Part shown: piece after piece, positions 27,436 through 36,324 of the stretch
Numbering within the stretch: position 1 is the first letter of the stretch
Layout of the letters: every line of letters begins with the position of its first letter
Origin: Candidatus Latescibacterota bacterium
GTDB taxonomy: Bacteria; Latescibacterota; UBA2968; UBA8231
Length of the DNA: 64,000 nt
Direction of reading: 5' to 3'
Assembly (NCBI GenBank): GCA_965204725.1
Contig: OZ242005.1
Span: 928,001 to 992,000 of the forward strand
Program-made: the position numbers and the translations under genes
Notes under the pieces: generated by a model
Database searches by the model: none
Told to the model about the DNA's origin: nothing
The model's input: the letters and a program-made list of their open reading frames with translations, nothing else

Positions 27436-29813
27436 GCATGCTCGAAACCAACATCTTCGCCATCGAGAATCTGGATGCGCTGAAAACGGACTACGTTCTT
27501 TACAGAATTCGAGGTCTAACGAGGGGAGACAACGAGTATTTCCAGAACAAGGACGAGATCGCGAGAAAGCTAAGCTATGACCTCCAGAGGCCGGCACTCG
27601 TGATCGAAAGAAACGGCCACCCGTACCTCGTACTGCCCGCTGACACGCCTCCCCCGCCGCAGCCATTCTCACTTGTACGTGTGCAGGTGTACCTCGACAA
27701 ACAGAAGGAGTCGCTCACACTCGACTATGCGAAGCGGAATCATGAGACCGACGATATCTGCCTTCGCTTTCTCAACTTCTTCGCAGTCCAAGGCAGGTAT
27801 CGCAATGACAAGCGTTTGTGGCAACCGCGGTCCGGTCAGCCCTTCTTTGAGTACAAACCAGTCAAGACGATCAGAGGAATCGATGTCTTCCAGGGTTTCT
27901 CCGCCCGAGCGGTCATCACGCCCGACAATGGGATTGGCATTTGCCTCGATCTGCGCACGAAGTTTGTCGCGAGCAAGCCCCTTGACGCTAGACTGAAGCG
28001 TGACGGGTTCAGGCCATATCGCGGACAGCACTTCATCTATCGGTTCAAGGGCTGGTATGGGGTGCAGCTACAGGACTACTGCGATCTGAACGCCTCTGAA
28101 GCTCACATCGATACCGGAAACTGCTCAGTTTACAAGTACCTCAGACGCGAGTCCCCCAAGCCGCTACCTCAGCAGCTTGCCAATCTCCCTCGGGACGCAG
28201 CACTCGCCTACTACCAGACAAACCGCGGAAACCGTGTATACGCGAGTGTGGGCCTTTGCCATCTCATCTATGACACGCGGCATCCTGAGGTTCAGCGCCG
28301 GCAGGGGATGATGACCCCACAGCCCCACGAACGGGATCGCAAGATCCAAGAATATGCAGCCAAGTATCTACAAGGATTGCAGCTCGGACGCACTCGGCTT
28401 GAAGTGTCGCGTACGCCCATAACGGCACCCCGCAAGGTGTTCCAAGCACCAGATATCGAGTTTGGGGGTGAACACGTGCTCTCCGTCCGCCGGACGGCGG
28501 GTGCTCACATAGCGACTATGGATACACTGGGAAAAAAGAAGCAGCGGTTGCTTATGCGTGAGGACGCAGGCTTCTTCGTCAAGCGTCTCCTTGGTCCGCA
28601 GTACCTGATTATGCCTGAGAGCGTTTACAAGACATGGGGGAAACAGTATATCAAAAATTTAAAGCAGACGGTTGAACGGCTCTACGGTCCAGCCGAGCGA
28701 GACGAAGTACTGCCAGACGTACCCGTGTACGACCCGAAGGTAATCACCTACAACGACTGTGACTCAGGTCATACGTATGTCGAGCAGGGACGGGCAATCT
28801 TGGATGCCGCCGAGAAACATCGAGTGCGTGGTGGATACGGGTTGATAATGATTCATGACGCCTCGGACCGCGAGGTCAGGCAGGAGGACCAACTCGCCGC
28901 TATGCTCTCCCAGCAGTTTTGGGAGCAGCGTGATATGCGCATTACCGTAAACCATACGAAGACCGGGAGCGAATGCTACAGTCCGGTGAATGGTCAACAT
29001 GGGGCGTACGTTGTGAACCCGAAAAAGCGGGGCAAGCTCAATGGCTACCTACGCAATGTGGCGTTAAGTAAGATCCTTCTGAACAATGAAATGTGGCCGT
29101 TTGTCCTAGCCACCCCACTGCATGCGGACGTGACGATCGGCCTCGATGTGAAGCGCAACACAGTGGGCCTGACAGTCGTGAGCGATGGCGGACGCAGCAT
29201 CGCGACCTTATGTCGCAGGTCCAGTCAAAAGGAGAAGCTGACCCGCCGTCAGATCGAGACGCTCCTGACCGAACTGTTGCGCCATACAGCCGAGAAGCAG
29301 GCCGTCAAGGAGATTAAGGAGATCGTCATTCACCGCGACGGGCGGAGCTTCCAGTCCGAGATTGACGGTGCAATCAACGCGAAGAAGACCCTCCAAGCGG
29401 AGGGCCTCCTTCCTTCTGACGTGCGCATCACGATCTTGGACGTAAGCAAGACAGCCATGACTCAAGTGCGCCTATTCGACGTGAAGCGCACAAACGGTCG
29501 CTTACTACGGGTAGAGAACCCACAGAACGGCACGTACGTCTTTCTAGGAAATCAGGATGCGTACTTATGCTCAACAGGGCGAGAGTTCGGGCACTCCGGC
29601 ACCACCCAGATGTTGCATGTGCGGTATGAACTGCCTGGGCTGCCGTTTGAGCAGGCACTTGAAGACCTGTACTACCTAACGACGCTGACGTGGAGCAAAC
29701 CTGACGACTGCTCGCGCTACCCAGTGACGATGAAGCTGACCGACAGGTGGTTGTGGCAGGATGCAACGGAGTACAACCAAGACGTGCTCGTATATGGCGT
29801 CGAGGAGGGTTGA
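27432..29813 (+). CDS. Long prokaryotic Argonaute (793 aa), predicted catalytically active
   Basis: PIWI motifs IGLDV, QKEKL, IVIHRDG, ENPQNGT, LYYLTTLTWS, YPVTMKLTD; MID/PIWI junction YLRNVALSKILL..WPFVL; ATG overlaps the nuclease TGA. Confidence 0.9.
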   Translation: MSMLETNIFAIENLDALKTDYVLYRIRGLTRGDNEYFQNKDEIARKLSYDLQRPALVIERNGHPYLVLPADTPPPPQPFSLVRVQVYLDKQKESLTLDYAKRNHETDDICLRFLNFFAVQGRYRNDKRLWQPRSGQPFFEYKPVKTIRGIDVFQGFSARAVITPDNGIGICLDLRTKFVASKPLDARLKRDGFRPYRGQHFIYRFKGWYGVQLQDYCDLNASEAHIDTGNCSVYKYLRRESPKPLPQQLANLPRDAALAYYQTNRGNRVYASVGLCHLIYDTRHPEVQRRQGMMTPQPHERDRKIQEYAAKYLQGLQLGRTRLEVSRTPITAPRKVFQAPDIEFGGEHVLSVRRTAGAHIATMDTLGKKKQRLLMREDAGFFVKRLLGPQYLIMPESVYKTWGKQYIKNLKQTVERLYGPAERDEVLPDVPVYDPKVITYNDCDSGHTYVEQGRAILDAAEKHRVRGGYGLIMIHDASDREVRQEDQLAAMLSQQFWEQRDMRITVNHTKTGSECYSPVNGQHGAYVVNPKKRGKLNGYLRNVALSKILLNNEMWPFVLATPLHADVTIGLDVKRNTVGLTVVSDGGRSIATLCRRSSQKEKLTRRQIETLLTELLRHTAEKQAVKEIKEIVIHRDGRSFQSEIDGAINAKKTLQAEGLLPSDVRITILDVSKTAMTQVRLFDVKRTNGRLLRVENPQNGTYVFLGNQDAYLCSTGREFGHSGTTQMLHVRYELPGLPFEQALEDLYYLTTLTWSKPDDCSRYPVTMKLTDRWLWQDATEYNQDVLVYGVEEG

Positions 29814-29817
29814 AATC

Positions 29818-30177
29818 ATGAGCGACCGGAGTTTACAATCAGGCTACTACAACACGATCAGCTACCTCGCCGAGCTTCTAGATGAGGCCTTGATGCAGAT
29901 CAAGCTCGCACGGGGCGGCGCACCCTCGTCAGAGGTCGAAAAGGTCTCCAAGATGTTGGAAGTAGCGGCTAGCGAGGAGTGCCGCGATCTCTCGACAGCA
30001 TTCCTGCGCTTGATCCTTCGAGATGAGCTAGGAGAGCAACAGCAGGCTTGGCAAGAACTAAGCGTACGACTTGGGCAGGGAGTGTGCGACGAGCATGACG
30101 TAGAGATGATGGAGCGGATTGCTGAAGTCGTGGACACCGAGCGGGCGTCGGCGTTTCGCAAAATGAGAGGGTTCTAG
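29818..30177 (+). CDS. Hypothetical alpha-helical protein (119 aa) in the pAgo operon
   Basis: ATG 4 nt after the pAgo stop with a GAGGAGG RBS; its TAG abuts the next GTG; no family recognised. Confidence 0.7.
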   Translation: MSDRSLQSGYYNTISYLAELLDEALMQIKLARGGAPSSEVEKVSKMLEVAASEECRDLSTAFLRLILRDELGEQQQAWQELSVRLGQGVCDEHDVEMMERIAEVVDTERASAFRKMRGF

Positions 30178-31308
30178 GTGTTTGAGGAGTATATCAATGG
30201 AACTCTCGGCGAGTTGGAACGACGGGCACGAGTACTGCGGGCAAAAATTCCGCGAGACCTGCCAACCTACTATGCAACGCTCGTGAAGTCGTGCAACGAA
30301 CGGCTTAAAGAACTATTGTTTGCCCTCCGCGACCTGCGCGATAATCCTGCGTGGCAGGATGAGAAATTTCGCCCAGAGCGCCAGCGGCGTCTGCGCAGGA
30401 TCGTGACGGCTCTCGACAGGCTGGAGTCTGGCGGCATCACGGCCCTCTGTCGTGCGAACGAGGACGACCATTACTTCAACGGTCTGCTCGAACGCCTTCG
30501 ACGGGAAATCAAGTATCCGGGAGAACTGCCCACGGTCTCCTCGCTCTCGCAGCGTTACTTCTATGTCGATACGGATCTCAACCTCATGAGTGTACCGTTG
30601 GCCGAGCGACATTTTCTTCTCCATTTGCCGGATCTTTACCATGAACTAGCGCACCCACTCTTGGTAGCACGCGACGATTCGGTCATCGAGCCCCTACAGG
30701 ATAGGATGTTGGAGTCGGCGGCGGTGGCGATGGAGCACTTTCACACGATAGCACACGAAAGGGAAGGTGGGCGCACTCCAGAGCAGGAACGGAATCGGCT
30801 GCGGACATGGGAGTTCTACTGGGGCAAGTACTGGATCTTCGAGTTCTACTGCGACCTGTTCGCCACCTACACCCTAGGACCAGCCTTCGCGTGGTCACAC
30901 GTGCATCTGAGTGCCAAGCGGGGCGTGAACCCGTACGACTATTTGATGGAGCAGCATCCGGCCGACGCTGCGAGGATGTCCGTGCTCCTCATCGGCCTGC
31001 GCGAGATAGACTATGATGAAGAGGCGGAGGCAATCGCTAGGGTGTGGCAGTCGGTGATCGGCTCGTCGAGCTATAAGCCCCCGTCCGATTTCAGGACGTG
31101 CTATCCCCAAGATATGCTCGAAAAAATAGCCAAGCAGGGCCTTGAAGGAGTTAAAGCGATCGGATGCCGCATCGCACACGCTAAGTGCGATGACGAAATC
31201 CACACGCTCCTGAACGAGGCTTGGCAACGGTTCTGGGATAACCCGAGCGAGTACGCCGCTTGGGAGGATCAGAGGACGAGGAAGTTATCTAAATCGCGTC
31301 TGGCTTAG
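30178..31308 (+). CDS. Putative soluble Zn metallopeptidase (HExxH, gluzincin/M48-like motif order)
   Basis: YHELAHP, downstream EFYCD, then QHPADAAR; no signal peptide or TM stretch seen. Confidence 0.62.
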   Translation: MFEEYINGTLGELERRARVLRAKIPRDLPTYYATLVKSCNERLKELLFALRDLRDNPAWQDEKFRPERQRRLRRIVTALDRLESGGITALCRANEDDHYFNGLLERLRREIKYPGELPTVSSLSQRYFYVDTDLNLMSVPLAERHFLLHLPDLYHELAHPLLVARDDSVIEPLQDRMLESAAVAMEHFHTIAHEREGGRTPEQERNRLRTWEFYWGKYWIFEFYCDLFATYTLGPAFAWSHVHLSAKRGVNPYDYLMEQHPADAARMSVLLIGLREIDYDEEAEAIARVWQSVIGSSSYKPPSDFRTCYPQDMLEKIAKQGLEGVKAIGCRIAHAKCDDEIHTLLNEAWQRFWDNPSEYAAWEDQRTRKLSKSRLA

Positions 31309-31362
31309 ACTGGATCCCATACTTTTCAACTATATAGGAGCCTTTAGGGGCGGCGGTTGACT

Positions 31363-34300
31363 ATGCTTCAAATAGATTACAGCGATCCAAGATACGAGAA
31401 TGCGGCGGCGGCGATTCTGCAACGGCACGACAATAATGAACCCGAGGCTAATATCACTAGTGCGGTGCGGGACTTTTTGCTCTGCACGGGATTGGTTGAT
31501 GCCAATGAAGTCGCCGAGGAAGTGGCACCGTCGGGGCACTCGGTGCGGGCTGTGGATTTGAAGGCGTCAAACACGTTTATCGAAATCAAGAAGCGCGTCA
31601 GCACGACCGGCGGCTTTAATCCCAATGAAATCTATGTGAAGCAGTTGGATAAATACTTGGCGGAATCCATGACGTACGAGCGGAAAGCGCGGATGGGCGT
31701 TCTCACAGACGGGCGGTACTGGCTCCTGCGCTGGCCGAATGCCGGCGAGGTCAAAACGACTAAGCCCTATGCTTTTACCCTAGAATCGACGGCTGACTGG
31801 CTGCTTTTGTACGAGTGGCTGCGCGACGAGGTCATCGGTACGCAGGATGACATTCCGGCTCGGCGCACTGAGGTCGAGCAGAATTTTGGGCCTAACAGCC
31901 CGTTGTATCGGCGGGATATTGACGCCCTAAACTTGCTCTACCAAGGAGCGAAGGACCGCGAAACCGTCCGCGTCAAGTGCCGGCTGTGGGAAACCTTGTT
32001 GCGAGCGGCGTTGGGCGAGATTGCGCAGACGCCCGACGAGCTAGACGATCTGTTTGTCCGGCACACGTACCTAAGCATGGTCATCGGCATGGTGGTACAG
32101 GCGTACTTTGGCATGGATATTCGGCAACGGGCCGCTAATGATCCAACGGATTTGCTCTACGGACGGCAGTTCCGCGATGACACCGGCCTACAAGACATTA
32201 TTGAGTCCGATTTTTTTGCGTGGCCGGCCGAAGTGGGTGGGGAGCCGCTCATTGCGAGGATGGCTGAGCACGTAGCCCGCTTTAACTGGAAGGAAGCCCC
32301 CGCCGACATCGCCGCAACTTTATATGAAGCGATTATTCCGCCAGATGAACGCCGCCAGTTGGGTGAGTATTATACCCCAGAATGGCTGGCGCAGGCGATG
32401 GTGCAGGAGGTCGTAACGGACCCGCTCGGCCAGCGGGTTCTCGACCCGTCTTGTGGCTCCGGCACGTTTATCGCCGTTGCGGTGCGCCACTTTGTCGAAG
32501 CGGCCACACAAGAGATGATGGATCCCAAAGAGGCGTTGAAGCGGCTGCGAGAGGCGGTGATGGGTATTGACGTGCATCCGGTGGCGGTACGGCTGGCTCG
32601 CACGGCTTGGGTAATGGCAGCGCGGCCCCTCCTCGAAGCGGCCACCAACGCTGGGTATGCGGGAAACGTAGCGATACCTGTGTATTTGGGGGACGCCTTG
32701 CAGTTGCACTACCAAACTGGCGACTTGTTTATCAGCGGCGATATAGGCATTGAGGTGGAGGGCGATGAGTTCGACAAAAGGCTAATTTTCCCGATTCGTT
32801 TGGTGGAACAAGCCGACACGTTTGATCGGCTGATGAGCGACATTGCCGATGCGATTGAGCGCGGCCACGATCCGCTCGTTGCGCTGGACGATCACGGGAT
32901 TACGGACCCGAACCAGCGACAGACGCTGGCGACGACGATCGGGATCATGCAGGAGCTACACGCCGAAGGGCGCAATCATATATGGGCGTATTACACGCGC
33001 AACTTGGTCCGTCCGGTGGCGTTGAGCCGGCGCAAGGTCGATGTGATTGTCGGCAACCCGCCGTGGCTGAACTATCGCAATACCGCTAGCGTGTTGCGCG
33101 ACAAGCTGGTGCAGCAGAGCAAGGAGCTATATCACATCTGGCAGGGGGGCCGCTATGCAACGCATCAAGATGTCGCCGGACTTTTCTTTGCCCGTAGCGT
33201 CGCGCTCTACCTGAGAACTGGCGGCATCATCGCCATGGTGTTGCCGCACAGTGCGCTGCAAACTGGGCAGTACGCCAAGTGGCGCACGGGACAATGGGGC
33301 GATTTGGCGGTGAATTTCGGCTACAAACCGGCGTGGGATCTGGAAAAACTTGAACCGAACACGTTCTTTCCGGTTGCATCGTGTGTCGCGTTTGCCGAGT
33401 GGATGGGTGAAAATGCCAAAGCGACGCCCTTGAGCGACGAGGTTGAGCAATGGCAGGGGACGACTGGGGCGGAGGATGTGCGGCGGGAGCGGATGGCTAT
33501 TACGGATACGTCGGTTGGTGGAACATCGCCATACGCGGATCGCTTTCGGCAGGGTGCTTCCATTGTGCCGCGCTGTCTTTTCTTTGTCCATGAGGTCGAG
33601 GGCACCACCCTTGTTCGCGCCGCGCAAACCGTTAAGGTGGAGCCGCGCCGAGGCAGCAACGACAAAGCACCGTGGAAGACGCTCGATCTTACTGTTATCA
33701 CCGAGCAGACGATAGAGAAAACGCACTTGTTTGACGTTCACTTAGGAGAGACGGTGGTGCCCTACGCGACGTTGACTCCGCTGAAAGCTCTTTTGCCCTT
33801 AAAACGAAACGACGCTGAACTGCCTGTGGATGCTAATGGAACGGGAAGCATTCATCTCGGTGGGTTGGAACAGCGGATGCGGGGGCGGTGGCAGAAAGTT
33901 AGTACGCTATGGGAGCAGAATAAGGGGGCTAATACCTCTGAGAACTTGCTACAGTGGTTGGACTATCATGGCAAACTCTCGGCGCAACTCGAATGGCGAA
34001 AGAATGACAAGAATGCTCCCATTCGCGTGGTGTACACCGCTTCAGGGCAACCTACGGCGGCGATTATCGAGGCCCATGATACTATAGTTGACTACACGTT
34101 ATTCTGGACACTTTGCAGGGACAATCAAGAGGCCCATTACGTACTCGCCATCATCAATAGTCGCGCCCTGTATGAAACGGCGAAACCATTGATGGCCAAG
34201 GGACAATTCGGGGCGCGCCATTTACAAAAGCACCTGTGGAAATTGTCGATACCGGAATACGATACAACGAACCGTTTGCATCAGAAGATAGCGACCGCCG

Positions 34301-34464
34301 GCCAAGCGGCGGCAAGCGGTGCGGCGCAGCAGTTGAATGCACTACGCCAAGAGCGTGGCGCAGCGGTCAGCACGACCATTGCCCGCCGCGAATTGCGTAG
34401 GTGGCTCGCCCAATCGGACGAAGGCAAGCAAGTAGAGACGTTGGTAAAGCAGCTATTGGCGTAA
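31363..34464 (+). CDS. Type IIG-like restriction-modification fusion (endonuclease, N6-adenine MTase, TRD)
   Basis: VDLK..FIEIKK, LTDG, LGEYYTP, LDPSCGSGTF, VGNPPW. Confidence 0.85.
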   Translation: MLQIDYSDPRYENAAAAILQRHDNNEPEANITSAVRDFLLCTGLVDANEVAEEVAPSGHSVRAVDLKASNTFIEIKKRVSTTGGFNPNEIYVKQLDKYLAESMTYERKARMGVLTDGRYWLLRWPNAGEVKTTKPYAFTLESTADWLLLYEWLRDEVIGTQDDIPARRTEVEQNFGPNSPLYRRDIDALNLLYQGAKDRETVRVKCRLWETLLRAALGEIAQTPDELDDLFVRHTYLSMVIGMVVQAYFGMDIRQRAANDPTDLLYGRQFRDDTGLQDIIESDFFAWPAEVGGEPLIARMAEHVARFNWKEAPADIAATLYEAIIPPDERRQLGEYYTPEWLAQAMVQEVVTDPLGQRVLDPSCGSGTFIAVAVRHFVEAATQEMMDPKEALKRLREAVMGIDVHPVAVRLARTAWVMAARPLLEAATNAGYAGNVAIPVYLGDALQLHYQTGDLFISGDIGIEVEGDEFDKRLIFPIRLVEQADTFDRLMSDIADAIERGHDPLVALDDHGITDPNQRQTLATTIGIMQELHAEGRNHIWAYYTRNLVRPVALSRRKVDVIVGNPPWLNYRNTASVLRDKLVQQSKELYHIWQGGRYATHQDVAGLFFARSVALYLRTGGIIAMVLPHSALQTGQYAKWRTGQWGDLAVNFGYKPAWDLEKLEPNTFFPVASCVAFAEWMGENAKATPLSDEVEQWQGTTGAEDVRRERMAITDTSVGGTSPYADRFRQGASIVPRCLFFVHEVEGTTLVRAAQTVKVEPRRGSNDKAPWKTLDLTVITEQTIEKTHLFDVHLGETVVPYATLTPLKALLPLKRNDAELPVDANGTGSIHLGGLEQRMRGRWQKVSTLWEQNKGANTSENLLQWLDYHGKLSAQLEWRKNDKNAPIRVVYTASGQPTAAIIEAHDTIVDYTLFWTLCRDNQEAHYVLAIINSRALYETAKPLMAKGQFGARHLQKHLWKLSIPEYDTTNRLHQKIATAGQAAASGAAQQLNALRQERGAAVSTTIARRELRRWLAQSDEGKQVETLVKQLLA

Positions 34465-34487
34465 TCCGCTCCACAGAATAGTACTGT

Positions 34488-34596
34488 CTAAGTACGCGAC
34501 ATTTCCGCTGTGCCTGGGATCGAGGGCGTCCCGCCCTCGACGAGGGCAAGATGCCCTCGATCCCGAGAGGGTTGGCCGCGGGTGTCGTGTAGTAAG
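34488..34596. mobile_element. MITE/REP-like element, family B
   Basis: Ends CTAAGTACGCGAC ... GTCGTGTAGTAAG; core GGATCGAGGGCGTCCCGCCCTCGACGAGGGCAAGATGCCCTCGATCC. Confidence 0.72.
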
Positions 34597-34628
34597 GTGC
34601 TGGATCGTAGATTTGCAAAAGGAACCCC

Positions 34629-36305
34629 ATGTCCCCCACTGGAATCGACCGCAACCTAACGCACTACGCCGACCCAGGGTTTAGCCGCTACTTGCGTCGC
34701 GCTTTTCTCGCTTCGGCTGGCTACGACGAGGCGGACTTAGATCGGCCCGTCGTCGGCATTGCCGATACCTCGTCCGACTACACCACCTGCCATCGCGCCA
34801 TGCCCCAACTCGTGGACGCGGTCAAACGGGGTGTGCTGGAAGCAGGCGGGCTGCCCTTGGTCTTTCCGACCCTTTCCCTCGGCGAAATCTTCCTGTCGCC
34901 AACCGCCATGCTCTACCGCAACCTCATGGCCATGGCGACCGAGGAAATGATCGCCGCCCAGCCCATGGACTCAGTAGTGCTGCTCGGCGGCTGCGACAAA
35001 ACCCTGCCGGCCCAACTCATGGCCTCCGCTTCCGCGCCCGTGCCTGCCATCCACCTCGTCGCCGGGCCGATGCTGGCCGGGGACTGGCGGGGCGAGCGGT
35101 TGGGCGCGTGTACGGATTGCCGCCGCTACTGGGCGCAGCACCGGGCCGGCGCACTCAACGCCGCGGAAATCGCCGCGGTTGAGCAGAGCCTGTGCCCAAC
35201 GGCCGGGACCTGCATGGTCATGGGCACGGCCTCAACCATGGCCTGTGTGGCCGAAACCCTCGGGCTGATGCTGCCGGGCGCGGCCACCCCCCCGGCGGTC
35301 TCAAGCCAGCGCTTGCGGCTTGGGGTGGCCACGGGTCGCCGGGCCGTAGCCTTAGCCACTGAGGGCCGCTCGGCGCGGGACATCCTAACGCCAGCGGCCT
35401 TTGCCAACGCGCTCAAGGTGCTGGCCGCACTGAGCGGCTCGACGAATGCGGTCGTGCATCTGCTCGCCATTGCGCGTCGGGTCGGCGTAGGCTTGTCGCT
35501 AGACGACTTTCACGCGGCCGCCCAACAAGTCCCCCTGCTCGTCGATTGCAAGCCAGCGGGCACTGGGTACATGGAGGATTTTGACAAGGCCGGCGGCGTA
35601 CCCGTCCTACTCAAGGCACTGGCGCCGATGCTCGACCTCAATGCGGTGGGAGTCACCGGGCAAACGCTCGGCGCACTTTTGCAGGAGGTGGCCGCGCTCG
35701 GCGCGTGGCAGACTGCTATTCGCACCTTGGACGCGCCGCTGGGGCCAGCGTCCTCCCTCGTGGTGCTAAAAGGCTCGCTCGCGCCCGATGGAGCGGTCTT
35801 AAAAAAGGCCACCTCGTCCCCCCACCTGCACAAGCACCGAGGGCCGGCCGTCGTGTTCGACGGACCGGACGCCGCGGCGGGCGTTGACGACCCCGCGTTG
35901 GGCATTACGCCGGAGCACGTGCTGGTGTTGCGCGGGGCCGGGCCGGTGGCCCTCGGCATGCCCGAAGTCGGCTCCATGCCCTTGCCCAAGCACCTCGCCG
36001 CCCAAGGGGTCGAGGACATGGTGCGGGTCTCCGATGGGCGAATGAGCGGCACGGCGTATGGGACAGTCGCTTTGCACGTGGCACCGGAAGCGGTCATTGG
36101 GGGGCCGCTGGCGCTGGTCCGCAACGGCGATCTGATTGAGTTGGACGTAGAAGCCGGACGCTTGGATTTGCTCGTCCCGGAGGAAACCCTCGCTCGCCGG
36201 CGGGCCGAATGGACCGCGCCCTCCGCGCCCGCCCGTGGGTGGCCGCGGCTGTACGCCGAGCGCGTATTGCAGGCGAACTTGGGGGCGGATTTGGATTTCT
36301 GCTAA
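34629..36305 (+). CDS. IlvD/Edd-family dehydratase
   Basis: GGCDKT, GTCMVMGTASTM, GSTNAVVH, PEVG, SDGRMSGT. Confidence 0.9.
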   Translation: MSPTGIDRNLTHYADPGFSRYLRRAFLASAGYDEADLDRPVVGIADTSSDYTTCHRAMPQLVDAVKRGVLEAGGLPLVFPTLSLGEIFLSPTAMLYRNLMAMATEEMIAAQPMDSVVLLGGCDKTLPAQLMASASAPVPAIHLVAGPMLAGDWRGERLGACTDCRRYWAQHRAGALNAAEIAAVEQSLCPTAGTCMVMGTASTMACVAETLGLMLPGAATPPAVSSQRLRLGVATGRRAVALATEGRSARDILTPAAFANALKVLAALSGSTNAVVHLLAIARRVGVGLSLDDFHAAAQQVPLLVDCKPAGTGYMEDFDKAGGVPVLLKALAPMLDLNAVGVTGQTLGALLQEVAALGAWQTAIRTLDAPLGPASSLVVLKGSLAPDGAVLKKATSSPHLHKHRGPAVVFDGPDAAAGVDDPALGITPEHVLVLRGAGPVALGMPEVGSMPLPKHLAAQGVEDMVRVSDGRMSGTAYGTVALHVAPEAVIGGPLALVRNGDLIELDVEAGRLDLLVPEETLARRRAEWTAPSAPARGWPRLYAERVLQANLGADLDFC

Positions 36306-36324
36306 ACAACGCAAGGAGGAATAC

